From: a virus
Strand: one strand, 5' to 3'
Length of the DNA: 64,000 nt
UHGV virus genome: UHGV-0021337
The translations under genes were made by a program, and so were the position numbers. Below are positions 38,872 through 48,694 of the stretch, one piece after another; the stretch's first letter is position 1, and each line of letters opens with the position of its first letter. The notes beneath the pieces are model-generated. The model ran no database searches, was not told where the DNA came from, and saw only the letters and a list, made by a program, of their open reading frames with translations.

Positions 38872-39597
38872 ATGGATTTTAAGTCAATTATTGAAGAAGT
38901 AAAATCAAACGTTACCGGCGGTGGTATACTAGAGTGTGAGCTAACCGACGAACAGTTTGGAAAAATTATAGATGCTTCATTTCGCGAAATACAGAGGTAT
39001 ATTGATGATACGCGTCTATTAACTTTACCTTATTCAAAATGTATTGACCTATCTGATAAATCCATATCCGCTGTAGTTCGAGTATACAGAGCAGTTGGAT
39101 ATCTTGCAGGAGATTCTGACACAGTAAGTAACGGAGGTTTCCCTGCTGACCCGATGTATATGGCTCAATGGCAGCTTTTCTCAGGCCCAAGTTCTTTGTA
39201 TAATGTTGACAATTTTGCTATGAATTATGGAGCTTGGAACACTGCGTTGCAAATAAAAAATACTGTTTCGACAGATCTCATATTCAGATATGAAAGATAT
39301 AACTCGAAACTTTATATAAATTGTCCTTATGACGTTCCAGAAAAAATAACAATCGAGTATATACCTCGGTATAACAATGTTGAAGAAATTGTTTCGGACT
39401 TCTGGATTGATAATCTACTTCGTCTATCTATTGCACAAACAAAGATTGCTTTAGGTAGATTAAGAACAAGGTTTACACAAGACAACGCATTGTGGCAGCA
39501 AGATGGTGAAACAATACTTGCCGAAGGACAAGAAGAATTGAAAGAAATACGGGAAAAATTAGATGCAGCAAGCCAGCTGTGCTACCCGGTTGATTAA
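38872..39597 (+). CDS. hypothetical structural protein
   Basis: ATG at 38872 follows aaggaactt; the track ORF begins at 38854. Confidence 0.4.
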   Translation: MDFKSIIEEVKSNVTGGGILECELTDEQFGKIIDASFREIQRYIDDTRLLTLPYSKCIDLSDKSISAVVRVYRAVGYLAGDSDTVSNGGFPADPMYMAQWQLFSGPSSLYNVDNFAMNYGAWNTALQIKNTVSTDLIFRYERYNSKLYINCPYDVPEKITIEYIPRYNNVEEIVSDFWIDNLLRLSIAQTKIALGRLRTRFTQDNALWQQDGETILAEGQEELKEIREKLDAASQLCYPVD

Positions 39598-39623
39598 AAC
39601 TAATTGCAATTAGGAGATATTAA

Positions 39624-41354
39624 ATGAGCATTATTCTTAATGAGGCATTTAGACAACTTGAAGCTATGGATCAGGATGTTTTTGATGCTGATAAGGAAGG
39701 ATTAAAAAAGCTTGATGCATTCCTGGACAATGATGAAGCAACCGATGTTTCGGTAGTTATCGACCCAGATGCAGAAAACGAAGATGAGTTGAAAGATTCT
39801 TACATAGGCAAAATACTTTGTCGTTGTGTGGTTTGTCAGTCAGATATAATGAAAGACGAAGATGACCTGCACGAAGACGAGGACTGTCCTGATGTAGTTA
39901 ATTGTGGTGAAGAGTGTCCTATGTGTCAATCTGTTGACGGTTATAAAATTATAGGACGAATTGCCCCTTACGAACTGCAGGATAAAGTAGAAGCTGACTT
40001 AGTAGAAGACTTACATGAAGGCGAAGATAAGAAAGAGCTTGATGATTACTACGACGATGTTGTAAACGCAATGATGGATACGTATTCCTACCTAACCAAA
40101 AACAAAGATGCTCTTATGTTTGCAGTAGATCCTGCTGTGTCTTGGTATGAAGATGATTATATGGATTTTACAGGCGAGTATCCCGACAATCCCGAAGACT
40201 CTATCATGGTGTCGAAAGATGATTTTAACAAATTCTTGAGACATTGGGTCAAACAATCTAAATGGGAAGAAATTCTTGCTGATGGTGTTAATGCGTACTT
40301 TGATGAAAATCCTGATGTCCTTAGAGAAGCTAAAGACGTCACTAAAGGCGAAAAGTCCATTGCAGCTGTTCTAAACAACGCTGAAAATAAAGCTAAAATG
40401 GAAGCGGCTGGTAGCGACGTAGAAAAGTTGAAAAGTGCTGTTTTAGACATACTTGAAGCTGATGAACTTAAAGGTAATAAAGCAATTGAAGACGCTAAAA
40501 GAATTCTTACTAATGCTGAAGGCTTTAAGTTTTTAACAACTCTTACAACTTATATGACTGGCAATAAGATTATAAGCAATAAGAGATATAACAAAAAAGA
40601 TGTTAAAGAAGCGTTTGCAGCTGCAGATTTAGCGGAATATCAAAGATGGGTTGACTTCGACATGAAGAAATATGGACGTATTTCCGATATTACAAAAAGC
40701 AAACTTGATAAAGCAGGCTTAGAAGTTGTTAAAGATGATCATGGAGACTACGAAGTTATCGCAAAAGAGGATGATGGAAAAGTTATAAATGAATCTGTAG
40801 ACAGCGTTGAAGTTAAAGCTGACGGTCAGAAAGTTGAAGTAAAACAAGAAGACGATAAAACTACAGTTGAAGTAAGCAAAGAATGTGAGAAGTGCGAAAA
40901 CGCTGAAACTATTGCTCCTATCGACGAAGTAGAAGAAAAAGAAATTGAAGCTAAACTCGACGCTAACGATGATGAGTTAGACATTGACGAGTTCAGCGAA
41001 GAAGACTTTGACGAATTAGGTGAATCTTATCTTAAACGTGTTTATGAAAATGTAGATGCGTATAAAACTACAAAAGGTTCTGTAAACGGAAATAAGATAA
41101 TGCTCGAAGGCGTTATAACATTCAAGTCTGGAAAGAAAGCAAAAACAAATTTCATGTTTGAATCTGCGAACAAAACAAAATCCGGAAAACTTAAATTCCT
41201 CGGTGAAAATAAACAGTTTGCAAAGAATAAAGCGTTTACTTTAACTGGACATAAAGACGGCAAAAAGTTGTTTATCGAAAGTTTTAACTACAAATATGCG
41301 ATAAAAGACGCAGACGGTAAATCGAAACAACTTTACGGAACTGTTAAGAAATAA
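39624..41354 (+). CDS. hyper-acidic protein with Cys4 zinc ribbon and Lys-rich C-terminus (576 aa)
   Basis: The N-terminal ~450 aa is extremely D/E-rich, with CRCVVCQS…CPDVVNCGEECPMCQS. The C-terminal ~110 aa is K-rich. It lies in the head/neck module. Confidence 0.45.
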   Translation: MSIILNEAFRQLEAMDQDVFDADKEGLKKLDAFLDNDEATDVSVVIDPDAENEDELKDSYIGKILCRCVVCQSDIMKDEDDLHEDEDCPDVVNCGEECPMCQSVDGYKIIGRIAPYELQDKVEADLVEDLHEGEDKKELDDYYDDVVNAMMDTYSYLTKNKDALMFAVDPAVSWYEDDYMDFTGEYPDNPEDSIMVSKDDFNKFLRHWVKQSKWEEILADGVNAYFDENPDVLREAKDVTKGEKSIAAVLNNAENKAKMEAAGSDVEKLKSAVLDILEADELKGNKAIEDAKRILTNAEGFKFLTTLTTYMTGNKIISNKRYNKKDVKEAFAAADLAEYQRWVDFDMKKYGRISDITKSKLDKAGLEVVKDDHGDYEVIAKEDDGKVINESVDSVEVKADGQKVEVKQEDDKTTVEVSKECEKCENAETIAPIDEVEEKEIEAKLDANDDELDIDEFSEEDFDELGESYLKRVYENVDAYKTTKGSVNGNKIMLEGVITFKSGKKAKTNFMFESANKTKSGKLKFLGENKQFAKNKAFTLTGHKDGKKLFIESFNYKYAIKDADGKSKQLYGTVKK

Positions 41355-41379
41355 TAACTGATAGTGGAGGACGCCGTTA

Positions 41380-43590
41380 ATGAGTAAGTTATATGAAGAT
41401 AACAGAGCTCAGTTGATGGCGGCGAGCCGTTCAGCTCAAAAAGAGAACGACGGAAAAACACGCTATCAAAAAAGACTAAACTCTAGTATAGCGAGTTCTA
41501 ATCGAGAGTACAACCAAATCGACATGAACTCGTTATTCAAGAATAATATTTTAACTGTTAATATTCCCGTCAGAGGAGAAACGGATAACTATATTGTTAC
41601 TTTTTCCTTTGGCGGATTTTTAGATAAACTACACGACGAGCTTGAGCGTAATAACGAACAACTTCAACTAAGAGTTGTTATAAGAGCTGTTGTTGATTGT
41701 TTCAATTCAGACAATGTTTACATACGATGTAATTGTTTACATCCTGATACAGAAATCTTGCTTCTAGACGGGACCAAGGCTCGTGTCGAAGACTTGTGTA
41801 CTCGTTTTAACAGTGGTGAGCAGTTATTTGTCTACTCTACTGACGATAAAGGAGATTTTAAGCCAGGCGTTGTTCGCAATGTTTGGAAATCGGGAAGCTC
41901 TTCTGAGCTTGTCAAAGTTACTCTTGATAGCGGAGACATCATTCAGACAACTCCAGACCATAGATTTATGCTGCGTGATGGCTCATATATTGCCGCCAAA
42001 GACCTAAAAGAACATCAGTCACTGATGCCAATGTATTTTTCAGACTACAACGGTTACCAAACTGTTAAATTTAATAGTACTGGAAAATATCACTCAGTGT
42101 ATAAACAAGTTGCATCAGAGTTACTGGCTGATAAAATTACTGCTGCAGAGATTCGTGAAGCATCAGCCGATAAACACGGACCTTACAAAGTAGCAATTCA
42201 TCATAAAGATTTTAATAAGCGTAACAACACTCCAACTAATCTAGAGCCGCTTACTTGGGAAGAACACTGGATGTATCATGCGTCCTTAGGGTTCAATTCA
42301 TTCCCTAAAGAGACGCAAGATAAGATTAGAACTAGAGCTTCAGAATGGATGCAATGGTTAAACGCACATCCAACTGAAAAGATGTTAGAGCTAAGAAAAG
42401 AATACTGCGAGCGCGGTCGTTTAATGAATTACTTACCTGAACGGCAAGAACAGCAACGACACGTGATGAGTAAAGCAATAACAACGTACTGGCAAACGAT
42501 GTCAGACGAAGAGCGTGAGCGTCAGTCAAAAGCTAGGTCCGAGCGTTCTAAAGCTGCTGCGGAACGGGGATGTCTTAAAACCGAGAAGTTTCACACAGCT
42601 GCACTTAAACGGGGTAAAGATATGCACACAACTGAGCGCGAAAAGCTAATTGTAGCAGGTGTACGTAGATATTGGAACTCTCTTAAGGGTGAAGCTCGAG
42701 AGGCACGTGTTGCTATCTGTAGGAAAAATATTCAGAAATCTATCGACGCACGTCGAGGAACTCCTCTTACGCAAGAACACAAGGATAAAATACGTGCTAG
42801 TCGAGAACGTGAAACTCCTGAACAGCTTGCAGTTCGCGTGCAAAAATGTAACGAAACTAAAATACTTACTGTACTAAATTATCTGATAGATAACAAGCTA
42901 GAATTGACTTTGGACAACTACAACCAAATCAAAAAACGCGAATTCAACTCGTATCCCTCGATTGATAAACGATTTGAATCTATTGATGATGCTGTTAGCT
43001 ATTTCCAACTTAATCACAAAGTTGCAAAAGTTGAGTTCGTGCATCTAACTGACCCCATTGACGTTTATGATATAGATGTTGATACGTGGCACAACTTTAC
43101 AACAGCTGCAGGGGTTGTTCTGCATAATTGCGAGGACTTCCACTATCGTTTTTCCTATTGGGCCACAAAAACTGACATAATAACAGGTCCTAAGGAAAAT
43201 ATACCTTCGGATATAACAAACCCGAGCAACACCTTGGGCAAAGGCTGTAAGCATATAATGCTCTGTCTTTCTAATACCAGATGGTGTATAAAAGTAGCCG
43301 CTGTAATTAAAAACTACATTGAGTACATGGAAAGACATTTACAGTCAATGTATGCAAAAGTTATCTATCCTGCAATTTATAAACGCGATTATGAAGAGCC
43401 TATACAACAGTCAATGTTTGATACAGATGAATTAGAAACTAGTAGCGAAGTAATTGACACTGCAAGTAAAGAGGCTCGCAAGAAAGGTCAATTCCAAACT
43501 GGCAATCCGTATAGATTTACTAAACAACCAGATAAAGACCAAATATCCATTGACGACATCGAAGTTGAGGACGAGGTAAGTGAAGAATGA
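41380..43590 (+). CDS. intein-containing protein of unknown function (extein ~272 aa after splicing)
   Basis: The N-extein ends …IRCN, the intein runs from CLHPDTEILLLDG… to …VVLHN, and the C-extein starts CEDFHYRF…. The RBS is strong (ggaggacgccgttaatg). Confidence 0.6.
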   Translation: MSKLYEDNRAQLMAASRSAQKENDGKTRYQKRLNSSIASSNREYNQIDMNSLFKNNILTVNIPVRGETDNYIVTFSFGGFLDKLHDELERNNEQLQLRVVIRAVVDCFNSDNVYIRCNCLHPDTEILLLDGTKARVEDLCTRFNSGEQLFVYSTDDKGDFKPGVVRNVWKSGSSSELVKVTLDSGDIIQTTPDHRFMLRDGSYIAAKDLKEHQSLMPMYFSDYNGYQTVKFNSTGKYHSVYKQVASELLADKITAAEIREASADKHGPYKVAIHHKDFNKRNNTPTNLEPLTWEEHWMYHASLGFNSFPKETQDKIRTRASEWMQWLNAHPTEKMLELRKEYCERGRLMNYLPERQEQQRHVMSKAITTYWQTMSDEERERQSKARSERSKAAAERGCLKTEKFHTAALKRGKDMHTTEREKLIVAGVRRYWNSLKGEAREARVAICRKNIQKSIDARRGTPLTQEHKDKIRASRERETPEQLAVRVQKCNETKILTVLNYLIDNKLELTLDNYNQIKKREFNSYPSIDKRFESIDDAVSYFQLNHKVAKVEFVHLTDPIDVYDIDVDTWHNFTTAAGVVLHNCEDFHYRFSYWATKTDIITGPKENIPSDITNPSNTLGKGCKHIMLCLSNTRWCIKVAAVIKNYIEYMERHLQSMYAKVIYPAIYKRDYEEPIQQSMFDTDELETSSEVIDTASKEARKKGQFQTGNPYRFTKQPDKDQISIDDIEVEDEVSEE
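41734..43128 (+). mobile_element. intein (Hint domain) carrying an HNH endonuclease domain, ~465 aa
   Basis: Block A is Cys1 in CLHPDTEILLLDG. Block B is TPDH in GDIIQTTPDHRFMLRDGSYIAAKDL. Blocks F/G are VYDIDVDTWHNFTTAAGVVLHN followed by the +1 Cys. The internal HNH motif is AIHHKDFNKRNNTPTNLEPLTWEEHWMYH. Confidence 0.7.
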
Positions 43591-44078
43591 AAGATATAGG
43601 TATTCTTTACAACGAACAAAATCTTAAACTACAAAGAATTTACTTTAACCAGATGCTTCGTATGATTGGTATAAAAGTACTTCATTACGCTCCTTTACCG
43701 GGTAAAAGATACACAACATATGCAGAAATAAAAACAGCCTTCGAGGAACCAGTTGTTACTGGATGCGTATTTGAAGAACATCCTACTCAAAAAACAATGA
43801 AGAAGTTAGGCTGGGATTCTGAAAGACAAGAAGATGCTTCTTTGATAAGTGTGCCTTATGACTTAGCTCATGTTCAAGCAGGCTCTCTATTTGCTTTACC
43901 AAGCGGTATTGATAATTCAGAAGCGAGACTATTTAGAGTTGTAGAGATGAGCACTATAATGCTATATCCTGCATCGATAACGTGTAAACTAGTTCCAGAA
44001 TGGGCAAATACAGCTCGAGAATCACAGATTGTTAATTTTAAGACACAAGATTTTAACTTGTTAAGAGAGGAAGAATGA
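43587..44078 (+). CDS. hypothetical protein (neck / head-tail joining region by position)
   Basis: ATGA overlap with the upstream gene. Confidence 0.4.
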   Translation: MKDIGILYNEQNLKLQRIYFNQMLRMIGIKVLHYAPLPGKRYTTYAEIKTAFEEPVVTGCVFEEHPTQKTMKKLGWDSERQEDASLISVPYDLAHVQAGSLFALPSGIDNSEARLFRVVEMSTIMLYPASITCKLVPEWANTARESQIVNFKTQDFNLLREEE

Positions 44079-44833
44079 TTCTAGTAGAAAAGAATTTATT
44101 GTCTGCAAAAGAGACTGATGAACTCTTAACAAAACGTGGCTCAGATAAAACTAAATATCTTGCCTCGAAAGCAAAAGAAAAGTTTGGAAATGATCCCGAC
44201 TATGACGTTTATTCAGACGTTTTAGTCGATAGCTTAGAACAGTATGGTACCGACACAGCACAAAACAAATTTTTACAATACATTGTTACTAAGAGTGCTA
44301 CCCCATTCAATATGCAAAAAAGTCAGCCCTACTTGATTTATAACATTCTAAACAACGCTGAGGCAAATGTTACGACAGGAGCGGCTGCAAAAAGTTCTTG
44401 GTTATATAATCCTAACGCATATAATGGTAGTGATTTTAAGTTGAAAGCTTTAGCGTTTTTGTCTAGTAAAGATGCTGAAAATTATGGTGACCTAAAAACT
44501 AAACCAACGCAGAAAATACTCAATACTACTGATGATAGTGAGATTGAGACATTGCTTAGTAATTGGCAGACTAAAGATGGTGAGTCAAACTCCCGAGTCA
44601 CATATCGCAGAGCTTCTTCAAAAAATTCAGGAACAAATTATTTTAGTAAAGATTCTAAAAAAGTTGCTGCAGACAAAGCTCAAAAACTCAATCTTATAAA
44701 AGACACATATTCTTCGAGCTCTGCAGATATTGCGTCTGCAATTGATAAAGTATATAGACCAGGCATCACAGATGCAGACCTACTTACTGGTGTATCGAGG
44801 ATTTTAGGACAGAATGCTCTTGCTACTAAGTAA
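44075..44833 (+). CDS. hypothetical protein (neck region)
   Basis: Overlapping start. Confidence 0.4.
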   Translation: MILVEKNLLSAKETDELLTKRGSDKTKYLASKAKEKFGNDPDYDVYSDVLVDSLEQYGTDTAQNKFLQYIVTKSATPFNMQKSQPYLIYNILNNAEANVTTGAAAKSSWLYNPNAYNGSDFKLKALAFLSSKDAENYGDLKTKPTQKILNTTDDSEIETLLSNWQTKDGESNSRVTYRRASSKNSGTNYFSKDSKKVAADKAQKLNLIKDTYSSSSADIASAIDKVYRPGITDADLLTGVSRILGQNALATK

Positions 44834-45224
44834 CCCGCAGAATCAAGATTTAACTGATTTATGTGATGATATAATAACTAAATTAAGTATAAGAGCTAAA
44901 GATAATATCTGGTATACACCTGGCTTAACTAGTTTGTGGGACAACTATTTAATTGAGTTGTATCAACCTGCTGAAGTTAGTCCAACTGTTGTGCAAATCT
45001 TCGAAGGATACTTCAATAATCTAATTTATGAGCAACAAGGAACTGACTATATAGTAAGAGTTGATCCAAACGCTAGATTAGAAGGTATTGAAGCTACAAT
45101 TCAAGAGTTAGCAAATATAATAAATTATGGCACTTTAGATATGCCTAGTTATCCGATATTTGATAAGTTATTTGACGCAGAAGCAGAAGAACTAACTAGC
45201 GAACAAGAGCAGGAGGATGAATAA
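44814..45224 (+). CDS. hypothetical protein (neck region)
   Basis: Overlapping ORF; the start is uncertain. Confidence 0.35.
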   Translation: MLLLLSNPQNQDLTDLCDDIITKLSIRAKDNIWYTPGLTSLWDNYLIELYQPAEVSPTVVQIFEGYFNNLIYEQQGTDYIVRVDPNARLEGIEATIQELANIINYGTLDMPSYPIFDKLFDAEAEELTSEQEQEDE

Positions 45225-45874
45225 TGTCCGTAGGACTTTATGATAAAGCTCTTACTGACAAGATAAAAAGATGGGTTGTTGACCCAAATCTTGTTGTTCT
45301 TGGACCAGATGAGAGTGAACAACTATTTCGTTGGAAAGCTGATATAACTAACGATAGACCTATTGAATTACCTTTAATTTCAATACGTCGTGATTCAGAC
45401 ATAACAATAAATTTAACTGCTAAACGAAAGATGAGTTATCAAGGTAAGACCTTTTCAAGCAACGGAAAGACTTCCGACCATTTGAACGGTATACCAATGA
45501 CACTCAGTTATCAAATTGATGTATATACTCGCTATAGAGCTGAAGCTGACGAATATCTAAGAAATTTTGTATATAATATTGTAAATCATCCAAAGATGAC
45601 TATCGACATTCCGTACAATGATTCTAATAAACAGCAAGATTCTTTCATAGCACTAGAAGGGACTGTTACAGATACTTCTGATATTCCAGAACGGTTAATA
45701 GTCGGGCAGTTTACTAGGTACACAATTCCGATAAAGATAATTGATGCTTATCTATTTTCATATAACTTCAAAGATATTCCAAAAGTTGTATGTACAGGAA
45801 TTCAAGCAAACAAAGACTTGTCAAATAAGTCTCCAGACTTTAGTAATAGTGACGAGTTTTATAATATATCATAA
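45224..45874 (+). CDS. hypothetical protein (possible tail terminator / completion protein by position)
   Basis: ATGA overlap; it immediately precedes the sheath gene. Confidence 0.4.
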   Translation: MSVGLYDKALTDKIKRWVVDPNLVVLGPDESEQLFRWKADITNDRPIELPLISIRRDSDITINLTAKRKMSYQGKTFSSNGKTSDHLNGIPMTLSYQIDVYTRYRAEADEYLRNFVYNIVNHPKMTIDIPYNDSNKQQDSFIALEGTVTDTSDIPERLIVGQFTRYTIPIKIIDAYLFSYNFKDIPKVVCTGIQANKDLSNKSPDFSNSDEFYNIS

Positions 45875-45894
45875 ATAATAAGGAGAGGTAGTAG

Positions 45895-47241
45895 ATGCCT
45901 AAGATTACAATATATGAATCTGACTTGACAGGCTCTCAATACACAGGAGACGAGATTGTCGTATTTCTCCCTGGTAACTGTATAATTGCAGACGGTAAAG
46001 CAGATAAGAATGGTTGTATACTAATTCCCGAAAAATCAATTTTATCAAACTACATTTATTCAGATTATGTGCAACTGATTACAAATGTGTTGACTGCTAA
46101 AGAAATATTTGTGAAAACAGATTACACAGTTTCTACAGATGATGACAGCAATACTGTACTTACATTTAGTCTCGCAGGAACATATACATCTGCACTAGAC
46201 GCGTTGAACGCTACAAGCATACCTGAAAATGCATACCAAGCTAATGACCAAAAAAAGACAATAACAATTACTAAATATGCTTCCGATGACAGCTATTTAT
46301 TCGCAGAAATGTTGACAAATAAAGGATTCCAAGTGTTATACTATTCTGGCGCTATAAATACTGCACTCTTTGAAAATACTTGGTTCAAAGATAAAAATGA
46401 ATATAACATCAAGTATCTAACAACAGGTATGAACGGTTCACTTCCTGTAGATAAGGGCACAGCATTATATGCGTTGCTCATTTCAATATGCAATAGCAGA
46501 ATGGACTGTGTCGCGTTGATTGACACTTTGAAGCCAACAAAAAATTACACATATGACGACTTGAAAAAAGCTGTTCAAAATGTTAACGATGAAGAAGGAC
46601 GTGCTGCATTATTTGCAGATTGGGGATACATAGACGCATTAAATAACAAGATGATGCCTGGTTCTTATTTCTATCTTAGTGCATTAGGCGATTCTGTCAA
46701 CGCAGGAAAGAAGTGGGATTCTATAGCAGGTGTTAAACGTGGTGTATTGACGAGTTATGTTAAACCTGTAGCTCTTAATCTTTCGAAATACGATTTAGAT
46801 AACAACGTTATGGATTTAACCGCAGAAGGCAACCGTAGTTATAATGGTATTGTTAACATTAGACCTTATGGTTGGACAATCTGGGGGGACAGAACTCTTC
46901 GTCTAAATAATTCTGGCACAGGTTTGAAAGCAACTTCGTTTTTAAGCATAAGAGTTCTTGTTTGCGACATAGCAAAAAGAGCATACCAATCTGCTATAAA
47001 CAATACTTTTGAAAGCAACAACGATGTAACTTGGATGAATTATAAAACTTCCATTACACAGTTGCTTGACAAGATGGTTGCCGATTATAAGTTAGCTGAT
47101 TATAAGATAGTTAAACTTCCTTCAGACCGTGTTGCTCAAATAAAATGTAAAATAAGACTTGTTCCTATTGAACCTGTTGAAGATTTCGACATATACATCA
47201 ACCTCGAAAACGCTACTGCGAACATTGAGGAACAGGGTTAA
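45895..47241 (+). CDS. contractile tail sheath protein
   Basis: 448 aa. The C-terminal conserved sheath signature reads …NIRPYGWTIWGDRTLR…. A tube-like gene follows. RBS aaggagaggtagtag. Confidence 0.7.
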   Translation: MPKITIYESDLTGSQYTGDEIVVFLPGNCIIADGKADKNGCILIPEKSILSNYIYSDYVQLITNVLTAKEIFVKTDYTVSTDDDSNTVLTFSLAGTYTSALDALNATSIPENAYQANDQKKTITITKYASDDSYLFAEMLTNKGFQVLYYSGAINTALFENTWFKDKNEYNIKYLTTGMNGSLPVDKGTALYALLISICNSRMDCVALIDTLKPTKNYTYDDLKKAVQNVNDEEGRAALFADWGYIDALNNKMMPGSYFYLSALGDSVNAGKKWDSIAGVKRGVLTSYVKPVALNLSKYDLDNNVMDLTAEGNRSYNGIVNIRPYGWTIWGDRTLRLNNSGTGLKATSFLSIRVLVCDIAKRAYQSAINNTFESNNDVTWMNYKTSITQLLDKMVADYKLADYKIVKLPSDRVAQIKCKIRLVPIEPVEDFDIYINLENATANIEEQG

Positions 47242-47252
47242 GGAGAATATAG

Positions 47253-47846
47253 ATGTCAGCAGTTGAAAGTTTACAAAAAGGTGCTTACCACATTGCTAAC
47301 AACAAGATAGAATACAATCCTCAAAGGAAAAGTAATTTTACGCTTATTGTTAATGGGCTAGAAGGGCTTAAGAGAGTAGGTTCTGCACATGACGATTCTG
47401 CAAATGTAATAACAGATGCTCAAAATCAAATTATTCTTGCATTAAAATCTTCAGATGTTCCGAAAGTTGCAATTGGTAAGTCAGAAATAAAACGTGGTAA
47501 CTCAACAATAAAATTTGCAGGTAAGCCTACATTTGACGATATAACATTTACTGTTTATGATTATATGGGCTCGAATGTTAAAGATACCTTACTTGCGTGG
47601 CAAAATCTTGCATACAATACACGTTACGATTATATAGGTAATGCAGCAAATTACAAGAAAACTTGTCAGTTAATTGAATACACTCCAGATGCGACAATGG
47701 TTAGATATTGGGACATAACTGGAGCGTGGTTAAGCAACGTCGAAGCAGATGGCTTTGAAGTTGACGATGAAGGAACCGTAACCGTTAAGGCAACACTCGT
47801 ATTTGATTGGGCTGAAATGCATATGCCAGATGAATTTGAAGGCTAA
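47253..47846 (+). CDS. tail tube protein
   Basis: 197 aa, immediately after the sheath, with a beta-rich small protein profile. RBS aaggagaatatag. A terminator follows. Confidence 0.55.
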   Translation: MSAVESLQKGAYHIANNKIEYNPQRKSNFTLIVNGLEGLKRVGSAHDDSANVITDAQNQIILALKSSDVPKVAIGKSEIKRGNSTIKFAGKPTFDDITFTVYDYMGSNVKDTLLAWQNLAYNTRYDYIGNAANYKKTCQLIEYTPDATMVRYWDITGAWLSNVEADGFEVDDEGTVTVKATLVFDWAEMHMPDEFEG

Positions 47847-47868
47847 TATTTAAATATATGTTAAAGCA

Positions 47869-47903
47869 AGAGCTATTGCAAAAGCGATAGCTCTTTTTTG
47901 TTT
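47869..47903 (+). terminator. rho-independent terminator
   Basis: 12-bp stem aagagctattgc / gcgatagctctt (one G-U pair), loop aaaa, then ttttgtttt. Confidence 0.85.
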
Positions 47904-47932
47904 TATCTTGTATATATTTATATGGAGGAATT

Positions 47933-48694
47933 ATGAACGAATCTGTAATTCAAGAAACCTTTACGTTGCCGTCTCACGGGCGCATCTACAATTGTTCTGT
48001 TAATGAAAACATAACGCTTAGGTCCATGACTACGGAAGATGAATTACGTAGGTTGTCGCCTAGCACAAAGCCGTATAAAACTATTTGTGATTTAATAGAT
48101 AGTTGTATGGCTCAATCTTGTGGTATTTCAAGCTACGATATGTGCATGGGAGATTATCAATATCTTTTGTATAGACTTCGTACTGTAACTTATGGTCCTG
48201 AGTATCCGAACATTTCATATTGCCCTTATTGTGGAAATGAAAACAAAAGCGTGCATAATCTTGACGAAATGCCTGTAAAAGAGTGGACAGACTCTTGCAC
48301 TACTTCGCTTGAAGTTACTCTGCCAGTGTCAGGAAAGACTGTTAAATTACGTTATCTTACTCCCAGAGATATGGACGATATTGAGCAACAAAAGTTCGAG
48401 TTTATGAAAACAAATCCTGAATGTAAACTCGATATGACAATGTTGTTTAACTTAAAGAAAAGCATAGAACTAATTGATAATATGCACTATGATTATGCAA
48501 AATTAGATTATTTTTTGAAAAAACTTCCAATGAGAGACACTAATATTTTATTACAGTCTATCACTAAATTAAATGATGGGATAGGAGTTAACACTTCATT
48601 CACTGAAAAGTGTGATAATCCTGCGTGTGAGTTAGAATATCAGACATCCTTTCGCATCACACAAGAATTTTTTAGACCCACAATACAATTCTGA
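47933..48694 (+). CDS. tail assembly chaperone (gpG/gpE/XkdN-like, by position), 0-frame product
   Basis: It lies between the tube and the tape measure. The +1 frame is open from 48636 to 48902 and ends 1 nt before the tape measure ATG. Confidence 0.5.
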   Translation: MNESVIQETFTLPSHGRIYNCSVNENITLRSMTTEDELRRLSPSTKPYKTICDLIDSCMAQSCGISSYDMCMGDYQYLLYRLRTVTYGPEYPNISYCPYCGNENKSVHNLDEMPVKEWTDSCTTSLEVTLPVSGKTVKLRYLTPRDMDDIEQQKFEFMKTNPECKLDMTMLFNLKKSIELIDNMHYDYAKLDYFLKKLPMRDTNILLQSITKLNDGIGVNTSFTEKCDNPACELEYQTSFRITQEFFRPTIQF

